From the NCBI GenBank assembly GCA_963727505.1, contig CAVSGP010000015.1, positions 1-64,000 of the forward strand: a stretch of DNA of 64,000 nucleotides, read 5' to 3'. Numbering within the stretch: position 1 is the first letter of the stretch; every line of letters begins with the position of its first letter. The translations under genes and the position numbers were made by a program. Below the pieces are notes generated by a model, which saw only the letters and a program-made list of their open reading frames with translations, was not told the origin of the DNA and did not search any database. This DNA is from an uncultured Trueperaceae bacterium. GTDB taxonomy: Bacteria; Deinococcota; Deinococci; Deinococcales; Trueperaceae. This document shows, piece by piece, positions 32,292-45,009 of this stretch.

Positions 32292-33476
32292 CTAGCCCAG
32301 CGAGGGCCCGGCCAGGTCCACCTGCTCCCCCTTGCGCAGCAGCTCTGTCGCCGCCTCGACCTTGCCGAAGGTGTTCCACAGCAGCACCCCGCGCAGCCGC
32401 TTGCCGTCGTGGTAGTAGACGATCCCCTTGCGCTCGGGTCCGTCGGCGGGGTCCGTCCAGTCCTCCACCATCTGCAGGTCGCCGCCCAGGTCGCCGACCG
32501 CCTCGTAGCCGTTGTCGAACAGGTCGCTGAAGAAGAACGGGACGTGGTCGTAGGGCTCCTCGACGCCCGCCATGACGCGGCCGGCGTGGTGACCGCTGGC
32601 GGTGGCGTTGTCCTCGTGCTCGACGCGCACGCGCCGCCCCAGCGCGGCGTGGGGGAACGCCATGGCGTCGCCGCAGGCGTAGACGTCGGGCTTGGCAGTA
32701 CGCAGGAAGCGGTCGACATGGATCCCGCCCCCGACCTCGAGGCCGAGCTCGCGTGCGAGCGCGACGTTGGGCTCGGTGCCGATGCCCACGATCATCAGAT
32801 CGGCCGTGAGCTCGGTGCCGTCGTCGAGCGCCAGCTCCACGAGGTCGGCTCGGCTGCGCGCCTGGCTCACCGTGCGACCCCCCAGGACGCGCACCCCGCG
32901 GCGCTGGTAGTCGCGGTCGAGGGCGCTGGCCAGGCTCTCCGGGAAGCGGCCGGCGCCGAGGTTCGACTCGGGGAACACCATGGTCACCTCGGCCCCGGCG
33001 GTCCTCAGGCCCGCCGCCATCTCCGAGCCGATGAAGCCGCCGCCGACGACCACAGCACGCCCTCCGTCCGAGACCAGCGCGCGCGCCTGGCGGTAGTCGT
33101 CCAGGGTGCGGTAGGCCAGCACCCGCTCGCTGAGGGCCAGGCCCGGCAGCGACCGCGGCTTGGCGCCGGTGGCGAGCAGCAGCTTGCCGTAGCCGGCCAC
33201 GCCTCCCTGCGAATCCGTGACCGTCCGGGCGTCGGCGTCGACAGCGGTGACCCGCCGGCCGAGCCGCAGCTCGACGCCCTCGTCGCGGGTGCCGAGGTCG
33301 ACGTCGTCCTCGTCCCCCATCCACAACCCCTTGGAGAGCGGCGGGCGCTCGTAGGGCTCGTGCGGCTCCTCCCCGATGAGCAGGATGGAACCCTCTTCGT
33401 CGACGCTGCGGATGCCCTTCACCGCGGCATCGGCGCCCTGGCCGCCGCCGACGATGACGTAATCGAATCGCTGCAT
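32292..33476 (-). CDS. FAD/NAD(P)-dependent oxidoreductase (ferredoxin reductase-like)
   Basis: IVGGGQG, PYERPPLSK, LLLATG, GGGFIGSE, YACGD, PFFFSD; GAGGAGG RBS. Confidence 0.9.
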   Translation of the reverse strand: MQRFDYVIVGGGQGADAAVKGIRSVDEEGSILLIGEEPHEPYERPPLSKGLWMGDEDDVDLGTRDEGVELRLGRRVTAVDADARTVTDSQGGVAGYGKLLLATGAKPRSLPGLALSERVLAYRTLDDYRQARALVSDGGRAVVVGGGFIGSEMAAGLRTAGAEVTMVFPESNLGAGRFPESLASALDRDYQRRGVRVLGGRTVSQARSRADLVELALDDGTELTADLMIVGIGTEPNVALARELGLEVGGGIHVDRFLRTAKPDVYACGDAMAFPHAALGRRVRVEHEDNATASGHHAGRVMAGVEEPYDHVPFFFSDLFDNGYEAVGDLGGDLQMVEDWTDPADGPERKGIVYYHDGKRLRGVLLWNTFGKVEAATELLRKGEQVDLAGPSLG

Positions 33477-33740
33477 GAGGACCTCCTCTTGAACCCAAGT
33501 ACGCACGGAGCGCTCTAACGGACGCACCCGGACGGACGCGCCCGGCGCTCCGGCTTCGCAGGCGCTCGCACCGGAGCCCGGCCCTCGCGGCCGGGCAGCA
33601 GCGTGGCGCCGCACCTCCTTCATAAGGCGGGGGGCCGGGGTGGACACGTTGCCCACGCACCGAGCTCGCCTCGCAACGCGGCGGCGCCCGACTCATCGCA
33701 CACTCCGGGACGCTCATCGGGCAGCGCCTATACTCGCGTC

Positions 33741-35680
<1,940 letters not shown>

Positions 35681-35754
35681 GCGCGACCTATAGGCGCGAC
35701 CTGAAGGCGCGGCGGCCGGGACGGCGGCGGGCGGCGGGGTCCTAGGGGGTCCTA

Positions 35755-35970
35755 GGGGGGGTCCGCAAGGCCCTAGGGTCGAACGTACAACCTCGCTTTC
35801 GGCGGTGGGCCCCGCGAGCCACGGGGCCGCGCTCGCTAGTGGGCTACGAATCGGCGCCCACGCGAACTCGCGGCCCTGGCGAGCGGCGCGCAGGCGCAGA
35901 CCCGCCCCCGGGATCGAAGCATGTTCCATCAGCCTTTACGTTCACCCCAGGGTCCCGGGAACACCCCCTG
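35755..35970. repeat. Inverted pair of the dispersed ~45-bp element (35755-35800 and 35926-35970)
   Basis: GGGGGGGTCCGCAAGGCCCTAGGGTCGAACGTACAACCTCGCTTTC ... CAGCCTTTACGTTCACCCCAGGGTCCCGGGAACACCCCCTG. Confidence 0.7.
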
Positions 35971-36035
35971 GCAACCGGGCTGGCAACCGGCTGGCAACCG
36001 GGCTCGCAACCGGGCTCGCAACCGGACCCGCGCCG

Positions 36036-37937
36036 TCACAGCTCCACCTGGATGCCCAGCTCCACCACGCGATCGGGCGGGATGTGGAAGAACGCCGTGG
36101 CGCTGCGGGCGTTGCGTGACATCAGCGCGAACAGGCGCTCGCGCCACAGCGCCATGCCCGGCAGCTCGGTGGCCAGAAGCGTCTCGCGCCCGAGGAAGTA
36201 GCTGGTGTCCTCGGCCTCGATGCCGCGCCCGCCGACCTCCAGCACCGACAGGTCGCGCGGCACCCTCGCGCTCTGCATGAAGCCGTATCGCAGGACGATC
36301 TGGTAGAAGCCCCGTCCCAGGTCGGTGATGGTCGGGCGCTCGTCCGAGTCGATGCGCGGTACGTCCTCGGTGCGCACCGACACGAACAGCACGCGGTCGT
36401 GCAGCACCTTGTTGTGCCGCAGGTTGTGGGAGAACGCCGGCGGGGTGGTGTCCGGGTCGCCCGTCATGTACACGGCGGTGCCCGCCACGCGGGCGTAGAC
36501 GGAGGTGTCGATCTCCTGCAACAGCCGCTCCAGAGGGCGCGCAACGCTCCTGAGGCGCTCGCGGACGATCTGGCGGCCGCGCCGCCAGGTGGTCATCAGC
36601 GTGAACACGCCCGCCGCCATCACCAGCGGGAACCAGCCGCCGTCCGGCACCTTGAACAGGTTGGCGCCGAAGAACGACAGGTCGACCACGAAGAACGCTC
36701 CCGTCAGCAGCGCCGCCTTCCACACCGCCCAGCCCCAGCGCCGCGTCGCCACCACGTAGAGCAGCGCCGTGGTGATGACCATGGTCATCGTGACCGCCAC
36801 GCCGTAGGCGGCGGCCAGGTGGCTCGAGCTCCGGAACCCCAGCACCAGCCCCACGCAGGCCACCATCAGGATCCAGTTGATCGAGCCCACGTACACCTGC
36901 CCTATCTGGGTCTCCGAGGTGTGGCGGATGTGGAGCCTCGGCAGGTACCCGAGCTGCACGCTCTGCATCGCCAGCGAGAAGGCGCCCGAGATGAGCGCCT
37001 GCGAGGCGATGACGGTCGCGGCGGTGGCGATCAGCACCAGCGGGTACAGCGCCCAGCCGGGGGCCATGCGGTAGAAGGGGTCGGCCACGGCCGAGGGGTC
37101 GCGCAGCACCAGCGCGCCCTGCCCGAAGTAGTTGAGAAGCAGCCCGGGCAGCACCACCGTGAACCAGGCGAGCCGGATGGGGCGGCGCCCGAAGTGACCC
37201 ATGTCGGCGTACAGCGCCTCCCCGCCGGTGACCACCAGGAACACCGACCCCAGCACCAGGAAGCCTTGAGCGCCGTTGCGCAGGAAGAAGCCCACCGCCT
37301 GCAGCGGGTCGAGCGCCCAGAGCACGCCCGGCTGCCGCACGATCTGGCTCACCCCGAGCACCGCCAGGGTGGCGAACCACAGCAGCGTGACGGGTCCGAA
37401 CACCCGCCCCACGCCGCCCGTGCCGCGCCGCTGGAACAGGAACAGGCCGACCAGGATGGCGACGGTGATGGGCAGGACGAAGGGGGTCAGGGCGGGGGTG
37501 GCCACGTTCAGCCCCTCGACTGCCGAGAGCACCGAGATGGCCGGGGTGATCATGCCGTCGCCGTAGAGCAGCGCCGTCCCGAACAGGCCCAGCAGGAGCA
37601 GCAGCCACAACCCGCTGCGGCGCTTGGCGTGCGTCGGCGCCACCAGCGAGGTCAGCGCCAGGATGCCGCCCTCGCCGTTGTTGTCCGCGCGCATGACGAA
37701 CACCAGGTACTTGACGGTGATGACCACCACCAGCGACCAGAAGATGAGCGACAGCACCCCCAGCACGTTGTCGGGCGTGGGCCCGACCTGGTGCCGGAAG
37801 GACTCGCGCAGCGCGTAGAGCGGGCTGGTGCCGATGTCGCCGTAGACCACGCCCAGCGCCGCCAGCGACAGCGTGGCGAGTCGCCGGCCGGTAGGCGGTC
37901 CGCCGGGGGCGCCGTTCGTCTCGTCGGGAGCGGACAC
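36036..37937 (-). CDS. kup: KUP/HAK/KT potassium transporter
   Basis: GVVYGDIGTSPLY, ADNNGEGG, GDGMITPAISV, GGEALYADMGHF; TATAAT-6nt-GTG. Confidence 0.96.
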   Translation of the reverse strand: MSAPDETNGAPGGPPTGRRLATLSLAALGVVYGDIGTSPLYALRESFRHQVGPTPDNVLGVLSLIFWSLVVVITVKYLVFVMRADNNGEGGILALTSLVAPTHAKRRSGLWLLLLLGLFGTALLYGDGMITPAISVLSAVEGLNVATPALTPFVLPITVAILVGLFLFQRRGTGGVGRVFGPVTLLWFATLAVLGVSQIVRQPGVLWALDPLQAVGFFLRNGAQGFLVLGSVFLVVTGGEALYADMGHFGRRPIRLAWFTVVLPGLLLNYFGQGALVLRDPSAVADPFYRMAPGWALYPLVLIATAATVIASQALISGAFSLAMQSVQLGYLPRLHIRHTSETQIGQVYVGSINWILMVACVGLVLGFRSSSHLAAAYGVAVTMTMVITTALLYVVATRRWGWAVWKAALLTGAFFVVDLSFFGANLFKVPDGGWFPLVMAAGVFTLMTTWRRGRQIVRERLRSVARPLERLLQEIDTSVYARVAGTAVYMTGDPDTTPPAFSHNLRHNKVLHDRVLFVSVRTEDVPRIDSDERPTITDLGRGFYQIVLRYGFMQSARVPRDLSVLEVGGRGIEAEDTSYFLGRETLLATELPGMALWRERLFALMSRNARSATAFFHIPPDRVVELGIQVEL

Positions 37938-38094
37938 CCGCCGATTATAGGTGCGCGGGGGGCCGGCCCACGTGCGCCACGAGCGCCACGAAAAGTCCGA
38001 AATGTGCCATAAGACTCGACCAAACGGCCCGTTCGGAGCTAATATGATCGGACGTCTTCGCGCGGGCCCCGCGTCCGCGCAGGTGGAGGAAGCC

Positions 38095-38382
38095 ATGCGT
38101 GTGCACGGCGTGTGGAACGTGGATCGGGCGCAAGCTGCGCTCAACGTCTTCGGTGGTGCGGCCTTCGCCGTCGGCAGCCTGTTCTTCCTGAACAGCGCGC
38201 TTCAGCGCTTGGGCATCGCCTTGTTCGTGGTGGGCAGCTTCGGGATGTTGTTCGGCGCCCTGGCGGTGTGGAACGAGCGCTACGCGCCCCGCCGCGAACG
38301 CCGCGCAGCGCTGGCGGTGCCCGACGTCGTCACTTCACCAGCAGCACCGGGCAGTCGGCCAGCAACCCCACCCGGTGACTGA
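38095..38382 (+). CDS. Small 2-TM YrhK-like membrane protein
   Basis: FAVGSLFF..LFVVGS pattern; GGAGGA RBS; 3' end overlaps the USP gene. Confidence 0.6.
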   Translation: MRVHGVWNVDRAQAALNVFGGAAFAVGSLFFLNSALQRLGIALFVVGSFGMLFGALAVWNERYAPRRERRAALAVPDVVTSPAAPGSRPATPPGD

Positions 38383-38752
38383 TCGTGCCCCAGCCCCTGG
38401 TGGGCTCTTCCCGATCGATCCGGTGCGACTGCAGCACGATCAGCTCGACGGTGCGCTCCTCGGCCACACGCAGGATCTCGCTGACGCGGCGCCCGAAGAC
38501 CACCGTCGTCTCGACCTGCACGTCGTCGACGTCGAAGGGAGCGAGCATATCGTCCATCTCGCTCTTCGCCTGCGCCGCCAGTGAGTCGTAGAAGTCGCGG
38601 TAGTCGTCGTAGGTGGTGTCCTTGATGATCTCCACCACGTGCAGTAGCGTCACGCGCGCGCCGCCCTGCATGGCCGCCAGGCGGAAGGCCGCCTCCACCG
38701 CACTTGCCGCCCGCTGCGAGCGATCGACCGGAACCAGGATCGTAGCGAACAT
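38330..38752 (-). CDS. Universal stress protein
   Basis: ILVPVDRS, LLHVV, ELIVL, WGTISHRV..CPVLLVK. Confidence 0.88.
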   Translation of the reverse strand: MFATILVPVDRSQRAASAVEAAFRLAAMQGGARVTLLHVVEIIKDTTYDDYRDFYDSLAAQAKSEMDDMLAPFDVDDVQVETTVVFGRRVSEILRVAEERTVELIVLQSHRIDREEPTRGWGTISHRVGLLADCPVLLVK

Positions 38753-38772
38753 GGTGCTTCCAGTATGGGCCC

Positions 38773-40656
38773 TCAGGCCCGCTGGGGGGTCTTGTCCACC
38801 AGCTCCAGGAACACCTCGGTCAACTCGGGGTCGAAGTGCGAGCCGGCCATGCCGCGGATCTCCTCGACGGCGGCGTCGTGCGTCCACGCCTGCTTGTACG
38901 GGCGCTGGCTCATGAGCGCGTCGTAGACATCGACGAGGGAGAACATGCGCGCGACCAGCGGGATGGCGTCGCGCACCAGCCCGTCGGGGTAGCCGTCACC
39001 CTGCCAGCGCTCGTGGTGGTTGCGGACCAGCGCGCGCGTGGCGTCCGGCAGGAAGGGGATGCCGCGCGTCATCTCGTAGCCGTAGACGGTGTGCTTCTTG
39101 ATGACCTCGAACTCGTCGTGCGTCAGCTTCCCCGGCTTGAGCAGGATGTCGTCGGGGATGGCGATCTTGCCGAGATCGTGGAGGTAGGCCCCCCACTGCA
39201 GCGCCTGCAGCTCGCCGTCGTGCATGTCGAGCGCGCGGCCGAACGCCAGCGCACGCTCCACCACGCGGTCGGTGTGCCCCTTGGTCTCGTAGTCGCGGTA
39301 TTCCAGCGCCACCCCCAGCGCCCGGAAGGTCTGCTCGCGGGTGGTGGTGAGCTCGCGGATGTACTCGACGCGCTCGAGCGCGTTCTCCAGGCGCTTCACG
39401 AAGCTCTCCGCCACCAGCCGGTCCTCGTCGTCGAGCTCGACCTTGCGGCCGAACGCCGCCAGGCTGATCACCCCGACGGTGGTGCCGTCGCGCTGGACCG
39501 GCAGGGTGAGCTGCGTCTGCAACCCCAGCCGCACGTAGCCGGGTAGCGCCCCCTCCCAGGCCGGGTAGTCGGTCATCAGGCGCCCCTCGCCCGTGGCCGC
39601 CACCGTGCCGACCAGTCCGGCGCCGACCGGCATCGGCTCCTCGTGCAGCGCGCTCAGTCCCTCCGGCCCCGGACCCCACTGCCGGGCGACGCGACAGGCG
39701 CCGCCTTCGATGAGGTAGTACACGCCCAGGTCGAGCCGGAGCTGACGCGCCAGGTCCTCGAGCCCGGCGTCGAGCAGGGCGTCGATGTCGTGGAGCTGTT
39801 CGATGCGCGCGCCGAAGTTGGCGAGCTGCCGGTAGGCGGCCGCCGTCTCCTGCAACGCGGCGTTGAGCCGGCGCACGCGGTCCAGGGCGTTCCTGCGCTC
39901 GGTGACGTCGGCGATGGCGCCGATGGTGCCGACGAGGGCGCCGCTGCCGTCGCGAGAGGGCGCGGCGCTCACGTGCACCCAGCGACGCTCGCCGTCGGCA
40001 CGCACGATCTCGGTCTCGTACTCCTCGGCCACTCCCTGCAGGCGGCGCCGGTTGCGGTCCTCCTGTACGGGCCACAGCTCTTCGGGCACCAGCAGGTGGT
40101 AGGCCACCGCTCCCTCGAGCTCCGCCACGCTCCACCCCGTCAGCTCCGCCATACGCGGGTTGGCGTAGACGATGTGCTCGTCGAGATCGGTGAGGATGAG
40201 CCCCTCCCGCATGCTCTCCACCACCGCTCGGAAGCGCAATTCGGAGCTCTCCAGGCTGGCGCGCTCCACCCGGCGTCGCCGCGCCTCGGCGAGCTCGCGC
40301 TCCACCGCCGGCCCCAGCCGGGCCCAGTTCCCCTTCACCAGGAAGTCCTGCGCGCCCGCCTTCAGCGCGCCCACCGCCGCTTCCTCGTCGATCTCGCCCG
40401 AAACCACGATGCAGGGGATGTCCGGCGCCGCCTCCTGCAGGATCGCAAGGCTGTCCAGCGCGCTCAGGCTGGGGACCTGATAGTCGGCGAAGACGATGTC
40501 CCAGGCCCCTTCGGCCAGCGCCTCGCGGAGCGCCCCGGCGCCGTCGACACGGCGACCCTCGACCACGTAACCCTCGCGCTCGAGCCGCAGGACCAGCAGA
40601 TCGGCGTCGTCGGGGTTGTCCTCGACGAACAGGGCGCGCAGCGGATGCGGTTCCAT
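38773..40656 (-). CDS. REC-PAS-GAF-HD-GYP c-di-GMP phosphodiesterase
   Basis: VEDNPDD receiver; PAS; GAF; ETKGHTDRV, HDLGK, HHERWQGDGYP. Confidence 0.92.
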   Translation of the reverse strand: MEPHPLRALFVEDNPDDADLLVLRLEREGYVVEGRRVDGAGALREALAEGAWDIVFADYQVPSLSALDSLAILQEAAPDIPCIVVSGEIDEEAAVGALKAGAQDFLVKGNWARLGPAVERELAEARRRRVERASLESSELRFRAVVESMREGLILTDLDEHIVYANPRMAELTGWSVAELEGAVAYHLLVPEELWPVQEDRNRRRLQGVAEEYETEIVRADGERRWVHVSAAPSRDGSGALVGTIGAIADVTERRNALDRVRRLNAALQETAAAYRQLANFGARIEQLHDIDALLDAGLEDLARQLRLDLGVYYLIEGGACRVARQWGPGPEGLSALHEEPMPVGAGLVGTVAATGEGRLMTDYPAWEGALPGYVRLGLQTQLTLPVQRDGTTVGVISLAAFGRKVELDDEDRLVAESFVKRLENALERVEYIRELTTTREQTFRALGVALEYRDYETKGHTDRVVERALAFGRALDMHDGELQALQWGAYLHDLGKIAIPDDILLKPGKLTHDEFEVIKKHTVYGYEMTRGIPFLPDATRALVRNHHERWQGDGYPDGLVRDAIPLVARMFSLVDVYDALMSQRPYKQAWTHDAAVEEIRGMAGSHFDPELTEVFLELVDKTPQRA

Positions 40657-40659
40657 GCG

Positions 40660-41112
40660 CTAGCGGCCCGGCACGCCGATGTTGAGCACCAGCCAGTAGA
40701 GGCCGAGCTGCCGGGTGGCCTCCGCGAACTCCGCGAAGTCGACGGGCTTGCGCACGTAGCTGTTCGCGCCCAGCCGGTAGCTCTCCACCACGTCGCGCTC
40801 CTCCTGCGAGGAGGTGAGCACCACTACCGGCAGCAGCTCCGTGCGCTCGTTGGCGCGCAGCTCGCGCAGCACCTCGAGGCCGCCCAGCTTTGGCAGTTTC
40901 AGATCGAGCAGCACCAGGTGCGGATCGTCGGCACGCTCCCGTCCTTCGTGCGCACCGCGCGCCAGCAGCAGATCGAGCGCCTCGGCGCCGTCGCGCACCA
41001 CCTGCACCTCGTTGGCGATGTTGGCCTTCTCGAAAGCGCGCAGCGTGAGCTCGACGTCATCGGGATTGTCCTCGACCAGCACGATGGTCCTGCTCGCGTC
41101 CCCTGGGATCAT
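40660..41112 (-). CDS. Single-domain response regulator (Rcp-like)
   Basis: LVEDNPDD, LLDLKLPK, LTSS, GANSYVRKP. Confidence 0.93.
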   Translation of the reverse strand: MIPGDASRTIVLVEDNPDDVELTLRAFEKANIANEVQVVRDGAEALDLLLARGAHEGRERADDPHLVLLDLKLPKLGGLEVLRELRANERTELLPVVVLTSSQEERDVVESYRLGANSYVRKPVDFAEFAEATRQLGLYWLVLNIGVPGR

Positions 41113-42824
41113 GCCGTCCCCTCTCCCAACGTGAAGTGGAAGGCGGCCCCCCGTCCGATCTCACCTTCCGCCCATACCCGCCCGCCGTGGCGTTGCACGA
41201 TGCGCCGCACGGTGGCGAGCCCGACCCCGGTGCCGGGGAACTCGTCGACGGTGTGGAGGCGCTGGAACGGAGTGAAGAGCTGCTCCGCGTAGCGCATATC
41301 GAAGCCGGCACCGTTGTCCCTGACAGTGTAGGCCATCTCGCCATCGACCCTCGCGGCGCTCAGCTCGATGCGAGCGCCCTCGGTCCTGGAAGTGAACTTC
41401 CAGGCATTGGCGAGCAGGTTGTGCAGCAGCACGGCCATCAGGTTGCGGTCGGCGGCGACCGGCAAAGTCGGCGGCACGACCACCTCCACACTGCGGCCGG
41501 GCCCGGTCTCCTGCAGCTCCGCCAGGATGCCGCGCGCCACCTCGGCGAGGTCGACCGCGCGCCGCTCCAGCGCCGCGCGCCCCACGCGCGAGAGCGCCAG
41601 CAGGTCGTCGATCAACCGGCCCATGTGCTGGGTGGCGGTGCGCACCCGGTTCAGGTAGTGTCTGCCGCGCTCGTCGAGGCCGTCGCCGTGGTCCTCGAGC
41701 AGCGCCAGGCTGAAGCCGTCGATGGCGCGAAGCGGCGCCCGCAGGTCGTGCGACACGCTGTAGCTGAAGCCCTCGAGCTCGCGATTGACGGCGCTGAGCT
41801 GGCGGGTGCGCTCGACCACGCGGCGTTCGAGTTCCTCGGCCTGGCGCGCGAGCTGCTCGCGCTGGCTCTCCCGCTCGCGCTCGAGCTCCCGCTCCGCGCG
41901 GAGCTGCTCCCCGATGTCGCGCGCCACCACCAGGCGCGCCTCGCGCCCCTCGAAGGTGGTGGCGTGGGAGGTCACGTCCACGTCGAGCAGACGGCCGTCG
42001 GCGGTGAGGTGGCGCCAGTGACCGGCGTGGTTGATCGGAGAGGGTTCGTCGCGCAGCATGGCGAGCAACGGCTCACGGTCCTCGGGCGGGCGGACGTCGA
42101 GGATGGTGCGGTCGAGGAACTCCTCGCGGCTGAAGCCGTAGAGGTCGATGGCCGCCTCGTTGACCTCCAAGAACGCGAAGGTGGTGGTGTCGAAGACCCA
42201 CATGGGGAGGGGGTTCTCCGCGAACAGCGTACGGAAGCTTCCCTCGCTGATCGCCAGCAGCGCCTGGTCGCGGTGACGGGCGTCGGTCTGGACGCGGCGC
42301 TCGAGCAGCCACGCCACCTGTGCCGCGGCCGTGCGCATGAGCCGCAACGCCTGCTCGTCGCGCTCCCGCGGCTCGGTGGCGAAGAACACCAGTACGGCCA
42401 GCGTGCGATCGCCCGCGTTGATCGGCACCAGCGCGCTGGCGCGCAGTCCGTGGCGTTCCGCGGCCTGCCAGCGCAGGAAGTCCTTGCGGTCGACGGCCAT
42501 GAGGTCCTCGTACCAGGCGACGCGCTGGCCCTCCCATACCCTGCGGACGATGCCGCGGTCCGGCCAGTAGCCGTGTCCTGCGGCGTCGCGCACGAAGGGC
42601 GCCAGCGCCTCGTCGCGGAGCCAGGAGGCGCCCATCTCGATGGTCCTGCCGTCGCTGTCGATCACCCAGGCTTCGCCCACGTCCCAGCCCTGCAGGCGCG
42701 CCAGCCCCTCCACCAGTTCCCGCAGCGCGGGCTCGAGCTCCTCGCGGGTCTGCACGCGTTGCGCGATGTCGAGCAGGAACTGCAGAGGATCGGCCACGGA
42801 GCTGCCGCGCCCAGGCGCCGTCAC
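41109..42824 (-). CDS. GAF-PAS sensor histidine kinase
   Basis: SVSHDLRAPL H-box, NLLANAWKF, DNGAGFDM, GTGVGL; start approximate. Confidence 0.92.
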   Translation of the reverse strand: MTAPGRGSSVADPLQFLLDIAQRVQTREELEPALRELVEGLARLQGWDVGEAWVIDSDGRTIEMGASWLRDEALAPFVRDAAGHGYWPDRGIVRRVWEGQRVAWYEDLMAVDRKDFLRWQAAERHGLRASALVPINAGDRTLAVLVFFATEPRERDEQALRLMRTAAAQVAWLLERRVQTDARHRDQALLAISEGSFRTLFAENPLPMWVFDTTTFAFLEVNEAAIDLYGFSREEFLDRTILDVRPPEDREPLLAMLRDEPSPINHAGHWRHLTADGRLLDVDVTSHATTFEGREARLVVARDIGEQLRAERELERERESQREQLARQAEELERRVVERTRQLSAVNRELEGFSYSVSHDLRAPLRAIDGFSLALLEDHGDGLDERGRHYLNRVRTATQHMGRLIDDLLALSRVGRAALERRAVDLAEVARGILAELQETGPGRSVEVVVPPTLPVAADRNLMAVLLHNLLANAWKFTSRTEGARIELSAARVDGEMAYTVRDNGAGFDMRYAEQLFTPFQRLHTVDEFPGTGVGLATVRRIVQRHGGRVWAEGEIGRGAAFHFTLGEGTA

Positions 42825-43175
42825 GGAGCGCGCCTCGGGCGCGGGTGGAAAGCGCCGGCCGCCACCCCCGACAGCAACTTCCGGTGGGCGCACACGCCCC
42901 GCGAGCCACTTCGACGCATCTACCCCACAGTCTAGGGTTCCGGATGCACGGGAGAGTCACTCCGGAACGCCGGCGGACGGCCCGGACCGCGGAAGCCGCG
43001 TCCCCGGCGTGCTTCCGGCGTGCTTCCGGCGCGGTGCCGGCGAGCGCTCGGCGCGTGGCCGGCCTGTGGTCGGCGCGGGGCCGGCACGAGGCCAGCGCCA
43101 TTCCAGCGCGACCCCGACGCGCTTCCGGCGTATCATGGGACGATCCGACGCACGCCACCGACGGAAGGGGGAACC

Positions 43176-43856
43176 ATGTACGCTCCCACCGGATTCGACC
43201 CATGGCAGTGGTGGACGGCGCTGCAACCGCAGGGCCGTCTGCTGGCCGGCCTGCTGCAGCTCGCCGTCGGCCTCGCCGTCACCTTCTTCGGGTTCCGCCT
43301 GTTCCGGGCGCTGCTCGCCCTGGCGGGCTTCGTGACCGGCGCCTCGTTCGGGTTGTCGCTGGGCTCGGGCGCGACCGTGCCGGCGACCGCCTGGCTGCTG
43401 GCGCTGGCGCTGGGCCTCGCCGGCGCGCTGCTGCTGTGGGCGCTGTTCCGCGTCGGCGCGCTGCTGGCGGGGGCGGCGCTGGGCGTGGCGGTGGCGGGCG
43501 GCGTGGCCGCCTCGCTCCCGGCCACCGCCAACGCGCAGTGGGGCTGGCTCCTGCTGCTGGTGGGCCTGGTGCTCGGCGCGGTGCTGGCCTGGCGTCTGCA
43601 GCGCCCGCTGATCGTGATCGCGACCGCGCTCATCGGCGCCTGGGGGGCGATGGTCGGGCTGGCCATGCTGCTCGGCCGCACCACGCCGACGGAGGCGGTC
43701 CCGGCCGCGCTCGGCGCCGACGTCTGGACGCTGGGGCTGCCCCATGCCTGGCAGGGCGTGGGCGGGTTGTGGCTGCTGGGGACGCTGGCGTTGTGGGTAC
43801 TGGGGACGGCCTTCCAGATACGCGACACGCTACGCCTGCGCAACCGGCGGTTCTGA
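43176..43856 (+). CDS. Multi-TM membrane protein (DUF4203/TMEM198-like)
   Basis: FFGFRLFR..LAGFVTG pattern, ~7 TM; GGAAGGGGGA RBS. Confidence 0.7.
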   Translation: MYAPTGFDPWQWWTALQPQGRLLAGLLQLAVGLAVTFFGFRLFRALLALAGFVTGASFGLSLGSGATVPATAWLLALALGLAGALLLWALFRVGALLAGAALGVAVAGGVAASLPATANAQWGWLLLLVGLVLGAVLAWRLQRPLIVIATALIGAWGAMVGLAMLLGRTTPTEAVPAALGADVWTLGLPHAWQGVGGLWLLGTLALWVLGTAFQIRDTLRLRNRRF

Positions 43857-44010
43857 GGGCGGCCGGGGCGCGCGGCGTGAGCCCGTGGCGGAGGCGCGCG
43901 CCTCCGAACCCGGCGCGGGCCTCCGGACCCGGCGCGGGCCTCCGGACCCGGCGTCGACCCCGGGCCGCGATGCGAGCCGGGGTTCCGGGCACTTGCCGAG
44001 GGCCTCGACG

Positions 44011-44946
44011 CTAGCCCAGAGCCTCGGCGCGCCGCAGCGGCGCCAGCTCCGCCTCCTCCAGGCCTAGAAGGCCCAGGCTGATGTCCCACAACCGCGCCGC
44101 CGCGGCCGGGTCGCGCGCTCGGCGGGGCATCGGCAGCGCTCGGCCGTCCTTCCAGAAGCCTCCCGTGGTGCCCTCGACGCTTCCGTCGGCGGCGAGGAAG
44201 ACCGCTGTCTCCGCGGCCTCCGCGACCTCCCGGCCGAACCCCGCCTGGGCGACCCGGATGCAGAAGTTGAGGAACCCCGGCCCCGATCCCAGCGCCGTGC
44301 GGACCACGCCGGGATCGAACGCGTGAACGGCAAGGGCGTCGGCCGGCACCCGACGGGCCAGCTCGGTCGTGAACAGCACGTTGGCGAGCCGGGCCTGCGC
44401 GTAGGCGACCGCTCCGTTGTAGCCGCGGCGCCACTGGACGTCCCGGTGGAGCCACCCCCAGTGCGCGACGAGCGACGCCGTCGTCACGACCCGGCCGCCG
44501 GCCGCGGTGAGGGGGTCGAGCAGCAACAGCGTCAGCGCCATGGACGCGAGGTGGTCGAGTGCGAAGGTCATCTCGATGCCGTCTGCGGACACCCGGCGCT
44601 GCGGGAAGAAGCCGCCGGCGTTGTTCACCAGCACGTCGAGGCGCGGCGTCTCGCGGCGCACGCGGGCCGCCAGCGCGCGCACCTCGGCCTGGACCGACAG
44701 GTCTGCGGGCAGGAAGCGGTGACCGGCGTTGTCCGTGCGCCGCCGCAGGTCCGCCACTACCTCGGCGCCGGCGCCGCCAGCCCGCGACACCAGCAGCACG
44801 GTCGCGCCACGCTCCGCCAGTCCGGTCGCCACGGCGCGCCCTATTCCGGCGCTTCCGCCGGTGACCAGCGCCACCCGGCCCGCAAGGTCGCGGCCCGGGC
44901 GGTCGCGTCCGGGAACGTCCTGACCCGCCCGCGTCGTCATCGGCAT
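44011..44946 (-). CDS. Short-chain dehydrogenase/reductase
   Basis: TGGSAGIG, ADLS, LVNNAG; catalytic YxxxK reads YAQAR. Confidence 0.9.
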   Translation of the reverse strand: MPMTTRAGQDVPGRDRPGRDLAGRVALVTGGSAGIGRAVATGLAERGATVLLVSRAGGAGAEVVADLRRRTDNAGHRFLPADLSVQAEVRALAARVRRETPRLDVLVNNAGGFFPQRRVSADGIEMTFALDHLASMALTLLLLDPLTAAGGRVVTTASLVAHWGWLHRDVQWRRGYNGAVAYAQARLANVLFTTELARRVPADALAVHAFDPGVVRTALGSGPGFLNFCIRVAQAGFGREVAEAAETAVFLAADGSVEGTTGGFWKDGRALPMPRRARDPAAAARLWDISLGLLGLEEAELAPLRRAEALG

Positions 44947-45009
44947 GCTTCACTCTAGCGCCGCCGGCCTGGCTGTCAGATTCGCTTCAGGGCACCATGG
45001 GTAACCTGA

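Noticed and set aside
41109..42824. Kinase as a bacteriophytochrome, given the adjacent Rcp-like regulator
   Set aside because: No PASDIP motif or PAS-GAF-PHY order; it is a generic GAF-PAS kinase
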